64,000 nt of DNA from Chitinophagales bacterium (GTDB taxonomy: Bacteria > Bacteroidota > Bacteroidia > Chitinophagales > JADIYW01), in the NCBI GenBank assembly GCA_046329775.1, contig JAXLTX010000003.1:405391-469390 (forward strand), written 5' to 3'. Below the pieces are notes generated by a model. The model made no database searches. It was not told the DNA's origin and saw only the letters and a list, made by a program, of their open reading frames with translations. Positions 29,170 through 39,521 of the stretch are shown piece by piece. Positions within the stretch are counted from its first letter, which is position 1. Each line of letters starts with the position of its first letter. Both the position numbers and the translations under genes were made by a program.

Positions 29170-30366
29170 ATGCTACCAACTTCAGACACACTCAACAGAG
29201 TATCCGAATCCGCCACCATCAAAATGGCCCAATTGAGCAGAGAACTGTCCGCTAAAGGTGTAAACGTCATCAGTTTATCCTTAGGGGAACCGGATTTCAA
29301 TACACCCAAGCACATCAAGGAAGCGGCCAAACAGGCGATTGACAGTGGCAAGTACGATTCCTACTCACCGATTTCAGGATATTTGGATTTGAGACAGGCT
29401 ATCTGTGAGAAGTTGAAACGTGATAACAATCTGGAGTATAAACCTGAAAATATTGTGGTTTCCACCGGCGCCAAACAGTCTCTGGCGAACATCTTTATTT
29501 CCTTCCTGAATGAAGGTGATGAGGTGATCATTCCAGCTCCGTTCTGGGTATCATATCCCGAGCAGGTGAAATTATGCAATGCCAGCCCTGTGTATATCCC
29601 AACCACTGTAGATGCGGAATTCAAGATGACAGCAGAGCAGCTGGAAAAGGCCATCACGCCAAAAACAAAATTCCTGGTGTATTCTTCACCAAGCAACCCC
29701 ACGGGTTCCGTCTATACACGTGAAGAAATCGAATCTTTCGTGAAAGTGCTGGAAAAATATCCGCATGTCTATGTGATTTCCGACGAAATATACGAGCATA
29801 TCAACTATGCCGGCAAACACGTTTCGATTGCAGAATTCCCTTCCATGAAAGACAGAACGATCGTGGTGAACGGGCAGGCAAAAGGCTATGCCATGACGGG
29901 CTGGAGAATCGGTTATATGGCAGCACCTGCATACATTGCCAAGGCTTGCGATAAATTGCAGGGACAAATCACTTCCGGTACCAACTCGGTAGCGCAACAT
30001 GCCACCATTACAGCATTACTGGGTGACCAGCAGCCGACATATGACATGCGTGAGGCATTCAGAAAGCGTAGAGACCTGGTACTTGGCATGCTGATAGAAA
30101 TTCCGGATGTAAAATGCAATGTACCTGCCGGTGCATTCTATGTATTCCCGGATCTGAGCGCTTATTTCGGAAAAGATTTCAACGGAGAACCTATCAAGGA
30201 TGCTGACGATTTGGCTCTGTACCTGCTGCACGAGGGCCATGTGGCTGCAGTGAGCGGCACGGGATTTGGAGCGCCGGAGTGTATCCGTTTCTCTTATGCA
30301 GCCTCTGAAGAAAATCTGACGGAAGCATTCAAACGTGTGAAAAACGCGCTGGCGAAATTAGTATAA
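29170..30366 (+). CDS. Class I/II PLP-dependent aminotransferase (aspartate aminotransferase-like)
   Basis: This is a 398-aa ORF. LSLGEPDF, SSPSNPTG and NGQAKGYAMTGWRIGY (PLP-Lys region) are typical of AspC/AspB-type enzymes. Confidence 0.85.
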   Translation: MLPTSDTLNRVSESATIKMAQLSRELSAKGVNVISLSLGEPDFNTPKHIKEAAKQAIDSGKYDSYSPISGYLDLRQAICEKLKRDNNLEYKPENIVVSTGAKQSLANIFISFLNEGDEVIIPAPFWVSYPEQVKLCNASPVYIPTTVDAEFKMTAEQLEKAITPKTKFLVYSSPSNPTGSVYTREEIESFVKVLEKYPHVYVISDEIYEHINYAGKHVSIAEFPSMKDRTIVVNGQAKGYAMTGWRIGYMAAPAYIAKACDKLQGQITSGTNSVAQHATITALLGDQQPTYDMREAFRKRRDLVLGMLIEIPDVKCNVPAGAFYVFPDLSAYFGKDFNGEPIKDADDLALYLLHEGHVAAVSGTGFGAPECIRFSYAASEENLTEAFKRVKNALAKLV

Positions 30367-30374
30367 CACACCTA

Positions 30375-30443
30375 TTTTATCCAAAGTTTAAGACTTTGGA
30401 TAAAATCATTATAAGCCTCGCAGGTTTTAAGAGCCTGCGAGGC
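30375..30443 (+). terminator. Two tandem hairpins downstream of the aminotransferase gene
   Basis: The first has a 13-bp stem, ttttatccaaagt / actttggataaaa (30375-30405). The second has a 10-bp stem, gcctcgcagg / cctgcgaggc (30415-30443), followed by attttta. Confidence 0.65.
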
Positions 30444-30474
30444 ATTTTTAATTTATATTTTCTATTTTCGTTCT

Positions 30475-31455
30475 GTGCAAACACCCATGGATATCTCAAC
30501 ATTTGAAAACAAACGAATCATCATCGTTGGAGATATCATGTTGGATGAATTTGTGTACACACGATCTTCAAGAAATTCTCCGGAGTATAAGGATGTTCCT
30601 GTTTTAAATACAGAAAATAAAAGACAGTACCTGGGCGGTGCGGCAAATGTGGCATTGAACATCAAAAAGCTGAAGGCTATTCCTTATTTGATCGGCACAG
30701 TTGGGGAGGACGATGCGTCCAGATCCATCTATGCCATGCTGCATGAACATGACATCAGCAATCATTATGTACACACGAATCCCAGACAGAGCACCATAAA
30801 GAAAATGCGTATATTTCTGGACAATCAACCTGTATATCGACTAGACGAAGAGGAAGTAAATGAGTATCCGGATTTAATGAACCATTTCATCTTAAAGAAT
30901 ATACAGGCGGCCATCACTAATCATAAGCCGCATGCCATCATCTTGCAGGACTACAACAAAGGCGTTTTGAATGCAGCTGTTATTCCTGAAATTTTGACCA
31001 TTGCCAAACAACACAACTTATTGATTTGTGTGGACCCTAAATTTGAAAACTGGAATTCATACAAGGATGTAGATCTATTTAAACCGAATTTGCAAGAGTT
31101 TGATTTTATGTGTCAGCAGGAAAGTGAGGGTGCATCGGAAAACCAGATGCTGTTGAAGCGTGCAGTTGACTTGAAAGAAAAGATAAATTTCAAAAACTTA
31201 TTAGTGACGCTTGGTGCAAAAGGAAATTTCAGTTTTGATGGCAACAAATCTCAGATTTCCAATCTCAAATCCCAAATCCAACAACCGGATGTTTGCGGTG
31301 CGGGTGATGCTGTCATTGCTGTGGCATCCTTAGCAATGGTTTGTGGTTTCCCGCTGGAAGAAACTGCTGATTTGGCGAACAAAGCGGGGTTTATGGTTTG
31401 CAGAAAAGAAAATGTACAGCCTGTAACATTGGAGGAACTTTCATTGTCATATTGA
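30475..31455 (+). CDS. PfkB-family carbohydrate kinase (RfaE domain-I-like heptose-7-phosphate kinase)
   Basis: This is a 326-aa ORF with IIVGDIMLDEF...GGAANVA at the N-terminus and the GAGDAV anion-hole motif near the C-terminus. Confidence 0.7.
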   Translation: MQTPMDISTFENKRIIIVGDIMLDEFVYTRSSRNSPEYKDVPVLNTENKRQYLGGAANVALNIKKLKAIPYLIGTVGEDDASRSIYAMLHEHDISNHYVHTNPRQSTIKKMRIFLDNQPVYRLDEEEVNEYPDLMNHFILKNIQAAITNHKPHAIILQDYNKGVLNAAVIPEILTIAKQHNLLICVDPKFENWNSYKDVDLFKPNLQEFDFMCQQESEGASENQMLLKRAVDLKEKINFKNLLVTLGAKGNFSFDGNKSQISNLKSQIQQPDVCGAGDAVIAVASLAMVCGFPLEETADLANKAGFMVCRKENVQPVTLEELSLSY

Positions 31456-31529
31456 GCGCGGCGGAATATTTTCTGCTATCTATTTCCTTTGAAAATATCC
31501 CTTATCAAGTTCAGGATGACATTGTGGTG

Positions 31530-32792
31530 TCACTTGCTTCTGATCGCCTCTACAGGATCCATGGTAGCAGCCAGATAAGCGGGAATGATACCGGCCAGAA
31601 TTCCCAACAGAAAGGAAATGCCAAAGGCTATCATGACGTTGACCGCACCTATCTTAAATTCCATTTCTGTGGCTTCTGTGGCAAAATGACACATGACATA
31701 CACCAGGGCAAGGCCAACGATAGCCCCCATCATACATAGAAAAATCGCCTCCAGTAAAAACTCCAGCAAAATATCCGAACGCCTGGCTCCCAATGCTTTC
31801 TTGATGCCGATAATGGCCTTTCTTTCTGAAACGCTTACAAACATAATGTTGGCGATACCGAATCCTCCCACTATCAAAGAGAAGGCGCCAATCACCCATT
31901 TTACCATACTCAGGGAATCAAAGACACTATCAAAACCTTTGGCGATAACACTCAACTGATTGACGGAGAAATTATCTTCCTGCGATGGCCGTAATTTTCT
32001 GGCCGCACGCATGATCCCGGTAAGTTCTTGCTTCAATTCCTCCAGGCTAACCCCCGGTTTTGTTCTTATTTCCAGCGTATAGTCTGATGAATTCTCATCG
32101 GTGGCAAAATTACGGGTAAAATAATCCAGCGGCACTATGATGGCCTTATCGTAATTGAATCCCAACAAATCCTCTCCTTTTTTTGCTATGACGCCCACCA
32201 CATTAAGCGGTTTCCCACCCAGCCGCAGCTCCATACCAACAGGATTGGATATATTCTTATATAGCTTTTCTGCAATATCCCCTCCGATAACACATACGTT
32301 CAGGCCATTGCCAACTTCCATCGTAGATAAATACCTGCCTTGCGCTATATCTAGTTGAAATACCTTTCCATAGTTGTCCGTTACGGCGGAAACCTGAGCC
32401 TTGTGGGTTTTCTTATCCTTGTAAGCCACCTCCGGCGCAATACGGGGGTTCAATTCAAAGGTTACATATTCGGCCAGTTTTGACTTAGCCTGAACGTATT
32501 TATAGTTCTCATACTTCACATTGGGTCGCTGAAAATATTTCCACCACGGATAATCGCTCGGACCGTCAAATGTCCATGCCCATTTATTGACAAAAAGGAT
32601 ATTATCCCCGAGACTGTTGATCGATTGATTGATATTATTTTTCAAGGCATCTACGGCAGTCAGTATCGCAATAATGCTGAATATACCCACCGTGATTCCA
32701 AAGAGCGACAAGAAAGTACGCAACTTATTCAACCATAACTGCTGCAAAGTTAGCTTTAATGTCTCTCTTAATACTGTAAACAGTTGACGCAT
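31530..32792 (-). CDS. ABC transporter permease, FtsX/MacB-like
   Basis: This is a 420-aa ORF. It has an N-terminal TM helix, a large periplasmic domain and a C-terminal FtsX-type 3-TM bundle (IGIKKALGARRSDIL). Confidence 0.85.
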   Translation of the reverse strand: MRQLFTVLRETLKLTLQQLWLNKLRTFLSLFGITVGIFSIIAILTAVDALKNNINQSINSLGDNILFVNKWAWTFDGPSDYPWWKYFQRPNVKYENYKYVQAKSKLAEYVTFELNPRIAPEVAYKDKKTHKAQVSAVTDNYGKVFQLDIAQGRYLSTMEVGNGLNVCVIGGDIAEKLYKNISNPVGMELRLGGKPLNVVGVIAKKGEDLLGFNYDKAIIVPLDYFTRNFATDENSSDYTLEIRTKPGVSLEELKQELTGIMRAARKLRPSQEDNFSVNQLSVIAKGFDSVFDSLSMVKWVIGAFSLIVGGFGIANIMFVSVSERKAIIGIKKALGARRSDILLEFLLEAIFLCMMGAIVGLALVYVMCHFATEATEMEFKIGAVNVMIAFGISFLLGILAGIIPAYLAATMDPVEAIRSK

Positions 32793-32916
32793 AAGACAAA
32801 CCTACAAAATTTAATCAAATAAAAATATTTGTCGGTTGTTTTTTGACTTTCTTACACGTACCTTTGCGAAGCTTTTAACCGACAAGCTATTATTCCGTAA
32901 AATAATAAACTACCAT

Positions 32917-33966
32917 ATGAAACTTTCACAATTTGATTTCGAATTACCCAAAGAAAAAATCGCATTATATCCGTCCAAACAACGCGATGAGTGTAAATTA
33001 ATGGTCGTTCACCGTAAATCCGGTAAGATTGAACACAAACTATTCAAGAACGTATTGGATTACTTTGATGATGGTGATGTAATGGTCATCAATAATACGA
33101 AGGTATTCCCGGCACGTATGTATGGCACCAAAGAAAAAACGGGTGCAAAAATCGAGGTTTTCCTTTTAAGAGAATTAAACCATGACTTACGATTGTGGGA
33201 CGTATTGGTAGATCCGGCCCGCAAGATTCGTGTCGGCAACAAATTATATTTCGGCGATGATGATCTGGTAGCAGAAGTGGTGGACAACACCACATCCCGT
33301 GGCCGTACCATCCGTTTCCTGTTTGACGGAACCGATGCTGAGTTCAGAGCGGTACTCGATAAATTAGGAAATACGCCTCTGCCAAAGTACATCAAGAGAG
33401 AGCCGGAAGAATCCGACAAGGAAAACTACCAGACTGTTTTTGCCAGCCAGGAAGGTGCGGTGGCAGCTCCTACGGCGGGATTACACTTCAGCAAAGAGCT
33501 CATGAAACGACTTGAAATCAAAGGCGTGGATTTTGCTGAACTGACCTTACATATCGGCTTGGGAACGTTCCGTTCCATTGACGTGGAAGATTTATCTAAA
33601 CACAAAATGGATGCAGAATATTTCAAGATAGACGAGAAATGTGCCAAGACGGTGAACCGTGCCTTACAAAGAGGCAAGAACGTTTGTGCCGTAGGTACCA
33701 CCTCCATGCGCTCACTGGAAACGGCCGTATCCGCAGAGCATCTGCTGAAGCCTATGGAAGGCTGGACAAACCTCTTCGTTCACCCTCCGTATGATTTCAG
33801 CATTGCCAACAGCATGATTACCAATTTCCACGTTCCAAAATCAAGCTTAATCATCATGATTGCAGCATTCGCCGGTTTTGACTTGACCATGGAAGCCTAT
33901 CAGATTGCCATTCAGAAAAAATATAACTTCTTCTCCTATGGAGACGCGATGTTGATCATAGATTGA
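32917..33966 (+). CDS. queA: S-adenosylmethionine:tRNA ribosyltransferase-isomerase
   Basis: The sequence [20 protein letters not shown]...AAPTAGLHF...GTTSMRSLE is typical of QueA. The start was taken at the ATG at 32917 inside the longer ORF. Confidence 0.9.
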   Translation: MKLSQFDFELPKEKIALYPSKQRDECKLMVVHRKSGKIEHKLFKNVLDYFDDGDVMVINNTKVFPARMYGTKEKTGAKIEVFLLRELNHDLRLWDVLVDPARKIRVGNKLYFGDDDLVAEVVDNTTSRGRTIRFLFDGTDAEFRAVLDKLGNTPLPKYIKREPEESDKENYQTVFASQEGAVAAPTAGLHFSKELMKRLEIKGVDFAELTLHIGLGTFRSIDVEDLSKHKMDAEYFKIDEKCAKTVNRALQRGKNVCAVGTTSMRSLETAVSAEHLLKPMEGWTNLFVHPPYDFSIANSMITNFHVPKSSLIIMIAAFAGFDLTMEAYQIAIQKKYNFFSYGDAMLIID

Positions 33967-34007
33967 TATCCTGCAACATCATTTAATTTATTCAAGCTTT
34001 TTTCAAT

Positions 34008-34035
34008 AAAATCCTCACAATTATGTGAGGATTTT
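34008..34035 (+). terminator. Rho-independent terminator of queA
   Basis: A perfect 12-bp stem, aaaatcctcaca / tgtgaggatttt, has the loop atta and is followed by a T-rich tract. Confidence 0.75.
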
Positions 34036-34108
34036 ATTGTATTGTTGATATAAATGGAAAACAAAAAAATCCTGAAACTCATATTCTTGTTACTTTTGCC
34101 ACCCACTC

Positions 34109-35299
34109 ATGACGGTTTTCAAGAATATAAAGGAGTTGATCAAGACACTGGATTGGTCGAGAGATTTGCTGTCAGAAATGTTTGAAAAGCGCAATACCTT
34201 CTCCTACAAATTTGATATGGCCGTAATGGTGCTGGGTGATGTGGACAGAGTGGAGAAACTTATCGAGACGGAAATCATCCGTAAAAACGGCTCCTTTCTG
34301 GAAATCGATGAAAAATACCTTGACTTCTTTGAATTGGTATTGGAAGTGAATGAACAAATCAGCACGGCATTCATTCAGGACAACATACAACAGGTAAAAG
34401 ACAGCATCAATTTCTACCTGAAAGAGAATAAGGAGGATAAGCAATATTCTTACTTAAAGCAGGTTAAATCTGCATTGCAAAAAATAGGTCGAATCACCAC
34501 CAGAAGTATCATTGACCTGAATAGAAATATTGACAACACCTTCAAGACCGAACCGAACTATAAAATCAAGCTGAATAAGCTGGAGAATTTCGACCTCAAG
34601 CGGATGCAGATAAAAGACCTCATTGAACAGACAGACAATCTGATTACAACGGATGAACTCACGTTCTTCACGACGGCGCTGGATGTGGAGCTTAACCAGA
34701 TTGTAAACCGTCTTCGCCTGCAATTGGTGGATGCCCGTCACAATATCAGTGAGACACACAACCAGATTATCGAATACATCAACCAGACCAAACACAAATC
34801 GCAATTACTGGAAAAGGTGAAACAGGTGAAATACCTGCGCGATATGTTTGAACTAAAATCCAAAACCAATTTCGAGGAAATACTGATGGATTCCAATGCC
34901 GTGCTGTTTACCGGCAGGGAACAATTCAAAACGAGATTATCACTGGAATATCTGCAAACGGATCAGGCTCGGGATATCCTGGAAAATGCCGTCAGAAAAT
35001 TCAAAACCAAAAACAAGGCAACGGTCCAGCTCTCAGAAGCGATATCGGATAATTACCTGCAAACAGAGGAAGAACAGGAACAGTTCATCCATCTGGAAGA
35101 TTTAAAAAGAACGTTTACCGCATCCGGCAACCATCTGTATGATTTCATCATGAATTATAATTTCTCCAGAGAAGTTGATTTCAGCGAACGTGTCACCCTG
35201 TTCTGTAAAATCGTTTCCATCTACGACAAGGAATTTGAGATAACGGAGAAATTCGGATCCCGAGATAATATTGAATTTGCTATAATCTACCCAAAATAA
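34109..35299 (+). CDS. jetA: Wadjet/Mks-type kleisin-like subunit (JetA/MksF-like)
   Basis: This 396-aa, mostly helical ORF is the first gene of a four-gene operon. Its stop TAA abuts the next ATG with zero spacing. The call rests on position, size and operon context rather than on a sequence motif. Confidence 0.55.
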   Translation: MTVFKNIKELIKTLDWSRDLLSEMFEKRNTFSYKFDMAVMVLGDVDRVEKLIETEIIRKNGSFLEIDEKYLDFFELVLEVNEQISTAFIQDNIQQVKDSINFYLKENKEDKQYSYLKQVKSALQKIGRITTRSIIDLNRNIDNTFKTEPNYKIKLNKLENFDLKRMQIKDLIEQTDNLITTDELTFFTTALDVELNQIVNRLRLQLVDARHNISETHNQIIEYINQTKHKSQLLEKVKQVKYLRDMFELKSKTNFEEILMDSNAVLFTGREQFKTRLSLEYLQTDQARDILENAVRKFKTKNKATVQLSEAISDNYLQTEEEQEQFIHLEDLKRTFTASGNHLYDFIMNYNFSREVDFSERVTLFCKIVSIYDKEFEITEKFGSRDNIEFAIIYPK

Positions 35300-35872
35300 A
35301 TGATGAATCTACCAGACAAAACCGGCGACATCTTTGAACGACTGAGCAAAGGGAATTTCATCTGTTCCAACAGCACGGATGAATACACCTGCAGGCTTTA
35401 CGACATCATCAATGAAAATGAAGAAACGCTTTACAATTATTTTCTGGCCATCCATTTTATTCTGGAACGGGGCGATGAGTACTTCTATTTCTCAAGAAAA
35501 GAACAAAAGGCGGATCTCGAGGCTAAGATAGCCCGAGCGGAAAAATGGATTGACCTGATAGACTTCCTGAAAGCCTTTGACAGTTCCTTTACAAACGGCT
35601 TCCGTTTTTACCCAAACGACATAGAAGTAAAAATCAGGGTTGACATTAACCTGCGCGACAAGCTGGATAAGCTAAAAAAACATATCGGTGAAGCGAAAAG
35701 CTATACAGAGAAGATCGGTGCACTGATTAGGCTGCTGGAAAAGGAAGGTTTCGTGGAACTCGAGAATGAAATCAACAACCAATACAAGGTGGTTGCCGCA
35801 TTCAAATATGTGGAACAACTGATATTAAACATTAACATACCCGAAGACAAACTGAATGAGATACCTGAATAA
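35300..35872 (+). CDS. jetB: Wadjet/Mks-type small accessory subunit (JetB/MksE-like)
   Basis: This 190-aa ORF is the second gene. Its N-terminal FERLSKGNFICSNS...LY resembles the MukE/MksE N-terminal signature. It overlaps the next gene by 17 nt. Confidence 0.55.
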   Translation: MMNLPDKTGDIFERLSKGNFICSNSTDEYTCRLYDIINENEETLYNYFLAIHFILERGDEYFYFSRKEQKADLEAKIARAEKWIDLIDFLKAFDSSFTNGFRFYPNDIEVKIRVDINLRDKLDKLKKHIGEAKSYTEKIGALIRLLEKEGFVELENEINNQYKVVAAFKYVEQLILNINIPEDKLNEIPE

Positions 35873-38800
35873 AATCATTTTCATCAACAGCGCCACCATC
35901 AAATATGCGGAAATCATTGTGGGTGGCAATGTGCACTTCATCGGCACACAGGGGGTGGGCAAAAGCACCGTGCTGCGCTCCATCTTATTTTTCTATAATG
36001 CAGACACTCAGAAACTTGGAATAAAGCCCGGACAAAAGTCATTTTACGAATATTACTTCCCTTCTGCAGATTCATATATCATCTATGAGATAGCAAAAGA
36101 AACAGGCACCTTTTCTGTCTTGTGCTACAGACAATCAGGTAAAATCTGCTATCGATTCTTTGACAGCGAGTACCGAAAGGAATTCTTCATCAGCGAACAA
36201 AACAAGGCATTCGAAAGCTGGGATAAGATCAAGGAACAATTCAACAAGTATCAGATTACGTCTTCCAACAAGATAGACCGCTACGAAGACTATCGAGATA
36301 TCCTGTACGGAAACAATGATGGAAGGAAAGAATACAGAAAATATGCATTGCTGGAAAGCAAGCAATATCAGAATATACCGAGAACGATTCAGAATGTATT
36401 GCTGAATGCGGAACTGAAAGCCGATTTCATAAAGCAGACCATCATCAAATCCTTAAACGATGACGATATTGAAATTGACCTGAAGGTTTACACGCACGAG
36501 CTGAACACGTTCGACCATCAACTGAACGACATCAGAAAGTGGACGGATAAAAACAAGAACGGCGAAATACTGGTAAGGAAACAGGCGGAACAGATTGCGC
36601 GTTTACATACCAATATCCGATTTCTGGAGAATGAAAAAAATCAATTGGTAAAACAACTTACCTGGATAATCCGGCATATCGAAACACATCTCCCGAAACT
36701 GGAAGACAAACTGGACATGCAGGAAAACAAAAAGGCTGTTCTGGAGAAAAAGGCGGAAGAGTTAACGGATATTTTTCAAAAAAAGAGAGAGAGACTGCTG
36801 GGTGAGATTAAGGTGCTGAAGAACGACCTGGATAAAGCCAAGAAGAAAGAAGAGGAATATGACAAACAAAATATTGCGGATATCATACAGCGCGTTGGGA
36901 AAAAGGCGTTACTGCTTTCTCGACAGGAAAACCTACTGAACGAGAAGCAGATCCTGTCAGCACAGTTCACGGAGCTCACACAACGATTTGACGCCCTGCT
37001 GCATGAAATTGAAAACCAGAAACAGCGATTCCTGAATATCAAAAAAGAAGAGAAGAATGACCTGCAGGCTGCTTTCCTTCAATTACAACAGGATATTTCC
37101 ATGCAATTCAACAGGCAACTTCGTGAGATCAGAGAAGAGCACAAGGAGCGCCTGGACACTGTCAGGTTAAATCTGGAAGACAACAAACATTTGCAGCTGA
37201 CACTAAACGGCAAAAGGGCGGAGATAAGACACAAACGCTATTTTGAGACAGAAATAGAAATCAAGAAGACAGAAATCAATGAGATAAAGGCTATCAGGCA
37301 GCACTGTGAAAACCAGGTGATTCATTTCCAAAATCAGATAAAAGCCATTCAGACGCAATTTGATGCGGAAGAAAAAAGCAGGAATGAAACTTCCGAACGA
37401 CAAATTGAAAGGCTGCAGGAACAGACCGCTCAACTGCAGGAAGAGATCGATGCGATAGACTACAAAATAAACAACAGCAAAGATTCCCTGTACGGATGGC
37501 TGAACGAGCATTGTAAAGGATGGGAAAACAATATCGGTAAAATCATCCGGGATGACGAATCCGTGCTGTTCAATACTTCATTGCAACCGAAGCTTATAGA
37601 CAAATCTGCGGGATTCTACGGCATCGAAATCAATCTGGAAGAAATTAGCAAAAGCATAAAGACCGTTGCAGATTACAAAAAAGAAAAGAGCATCCTGGTG
37701 GCAAAGATGGATGCCCTTAAAACCGAAATCACGGAACAGTCCGAAACGCTTGCGACGGAGATTGAAAAACTGAAAAACAAGTACCAGCCAAAGATCAAAG
37801 AATACAGAAAAGAGATTGACCTGCACAATTATACGGTTGAGCAGAACAAATCAAAACTGGAACAGGCGCTGATTGCCCTGAGCGACTTTGAAAGGAATGC
37901 ACGACTGGAAAAAGAACAGGATCTGCAAAAGATAGAACGAGAGATCGGAATCGCAGTTGATACAGAATTGAAGGCTAAGGAAAACCTTCAAAAAATTGAA
38001 CTGGAAATCGGGAAACTGGAACGGGAGAAAGACAAAGAAAAAGAAAAGAAGATAGCGGAAGAAAAGAACAGAACCGACGCACTCATCCGACAAATAGAAA
38101 CGGATATCAGAAATTCCTCGGAAGAGCTGGATGCCAGAAGAGACGCCATCTTGGAAGAAAAGAACAGGGAATTGACCGGCAAAGGTGCGGATACAAAACG
38201 CCTCCAGGAGATAGAAACGGAAGTCAATCTGCTGAAAAATGAACTCAGGTTCATAGATAGCAATATTGCATTGGTGGAAAGGTATAAGTATGACAAGCTG
38301 GAATTGCTGGATAAAATGCAGGAATTCAAAAATCAGAAAGACATCTTAGAAAGGAATCTGGAAACCGAGGAAGATAAACACCGCCATCAGAAACTTAAAC
38401 TCAATAAGGAACTGCAGGAATTCAATGAGTTCATCTCAGGTCTGAAAACCAACATCAACAGCTACAAGGCCGACCTTTCAGAGTTTGAATCATTCAGCAA
38501 GACGGAAATCTATCTGGCAATTCCCGACAAGTTCAAGGAGCTTAGAGATGAAAATAAATCTGACAAGCATTGCAGAAGCCTGATCAGAGAAATCAACCAG
38601 ACTGTCTACTCACTGATCGACAAACAAAACAAGTTGAAAGAGGAAGTCACCCAATTTACCGGAAACTTCTCTGCAGAAAATATCTTTAAATTCAAAACCA
38701 GCTTTACCAGATCCGATGAATTCCTTCAATTCGCCGACGAACTGAATGAGTTCATGGAAGAAAATAAAATTGAACGCTTTGAAAAAGATGTGAATGAACG

Positions 38801-39521
38801 CTTTGCATACATTGTGCTTTCCATAGGAAAAGAAACGGAAAACCTGATGTCCAGAAGCGGTGAAATACAGAAAACCATCTCAAAAATCAACAATGATTTC
38901 CTTACCAAAGGTTCATTCGTTACGGCTATCAAGAAGATAGAATTACGTTGGGTGGAAAGCAGCAACAAGATTGTCTCCTACCTCTTGAACATACAGCAAT
39001 TCAGGAACGAACATCCGTTCATAGGCAGCAACAATCTGTTTGCCGAACAGGACAGCGACAAAAAAAACAAGCAGGCCATTGAGCTGCTGAAAGGATTATC
39101 AAAAGCGATAGCGGAATCAAAGAAAGATAAGATAAGCCTGTCGGATTCTTTTGAATTGCAGTTCAGGATAGTGGAAAACCAGAACGATACCGGATGGGTG
39201 GAGAAGATCGCCAATGTAGGCAGTGAAGGAACAGACATTCTCGTAAAAGCCATGATAAACATCATGCTGCTGAATGTCTCCAAAGGTGAATCATCCAAAA
39301 GTTTTAAAGACTTCAAGCTGCATTGCATGATGGATGAAATCGGAAAACTGCACTCCAACAACGTAAAGGGAATCCTGCAGTTTGCCAACGAAAGAAATAT
39401 CCTGTTGATCAACGGTTCGCCGGAAGAGAGCAATGCACTGAGCTATAAGCACATCTACCAACTTTATAAAGATGACAAAAGTTTCACGAAGGTAAAACGA
39501 TTAATTTCTAACTTTAATTGA
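35856..39521 (+). CDS. jetC: SMC-like ABC ATPase with a long coiled coil (JetC/MksB-like)
   Basis: This is a 1221-aa ORF. It has an N-terminal Walker A (GTQGVGKST), about 650 aa of K/E/Q-rich coiled coil, and a C-terminal signature-like GSEGT. The Walker B / D-loop is LHCMMDEIGKL. Confidence 0.8.
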   Translation: MRYLNKIIFINSATIKYAEIIVGGNVHFIGTQGVGKSTVLRSILFFYNADTQKLGIKPGQKSFYEYYFPSADSYIIYEIAKETGTFSVLCYRQSGKICYRFFDSEYRKEFFISEQNKAFESWDKIKEQFNKYQITSSNKIDRYEDYRDILYGNNDGRKEYRKYALLESKQYQNIPRTIQNVLLNAELKADFIKQTIIKSLNDDDIEIDLKVYTHELNTFDHQLNDIRKWTDKNKNGEILVRKQAEQIARLHTNIRFLENEKNQLVKQLTWIIRHIETHLPKLEDKLDMQENKKAVLEKKAEELTDIFQKKRERLLGEIKVLKNDLDKAKKKEEEYDKQNIADIIQRVGKKALLLSRQENLLNEKQILSAQFTELTQRFDALLHEIENQKQRFLNIKKEEKNDLQAAFLQLQQDISMQFNRQLREIREEHKERLDTVRLNLEDNKHLQLTLNGKRAEIRHKRYFETEIEIKKTEINEIKAIRQHCENQVIHFQNQIKAIQTQFDAEEKSRNETSERQIERLQEQTAQLQEEIDAIDYKINNSKDSLYGWLNEHCKGWENNIGKIIRDDESVLFNTSLQPKLIDKSAGFYGIEINLEEISKSIKTVADYKKEKSILVAKMDALKTEITEQSETLATEIEKLKNKYQPKIKEYRKEIDLHNYTVEQNKSKLEQALIALSDFERNARLEKEQDLQKIEREIGIAVDTELKAKENLQKIELEIGKLEREKDKEKEKKIAEEKNRTDALIRQIETDIRNSSEELDARRDAILEEKNRELTGKGADTKRLQEIETEVNLLKNELRFIDSNIALVERYKYDKLELLDKMQEFKNQKDILERNLETEEDKHRHQKLKLNKELQEFNEFISGLKTNINSYKADLSEFESFSKTEIYLAIPDKFKELRDENKSDKHCRSLIREINQTVYSLIDKQNKLKEEVTQFTGNFSAENIFKFKTSFTRSDEFLQFADELNEFMEENKIERFEKDVNERFAYIVLSIGKETENLMSRSGEIQKTISKINNDFLTKGSFVTAIKKIELRWVESSNKIVSYLLNIQQFRNEHPFIGSNNLFAEQDSDKKNKQAIELLKGLSKAIAESKKDKISLSDSFELQFRIVENQNDTGWVEKIANVGSEGTDILVKAMINIMLLNVSKGESSKSFKDFKLHCMMDEIGKLHSNNVKGILQFANERNILLINGSPEESNALSYKHIYQLYKDDKSFTKVKRLISNFN

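Noticed and set aside
36135-39433. Many antisense ORFs of 76-151 aa inside the JetC-like gene (for example 36776-37042, 37988-38329, 38978-39433).
   Set aside because: They mirror the K/E-rich coiled-coil coding strand and translate to low-complexity S/F/L-rich peptides. They are fully nested in a much longer, motif-bearing ORF and are frame-shadow artefacts.
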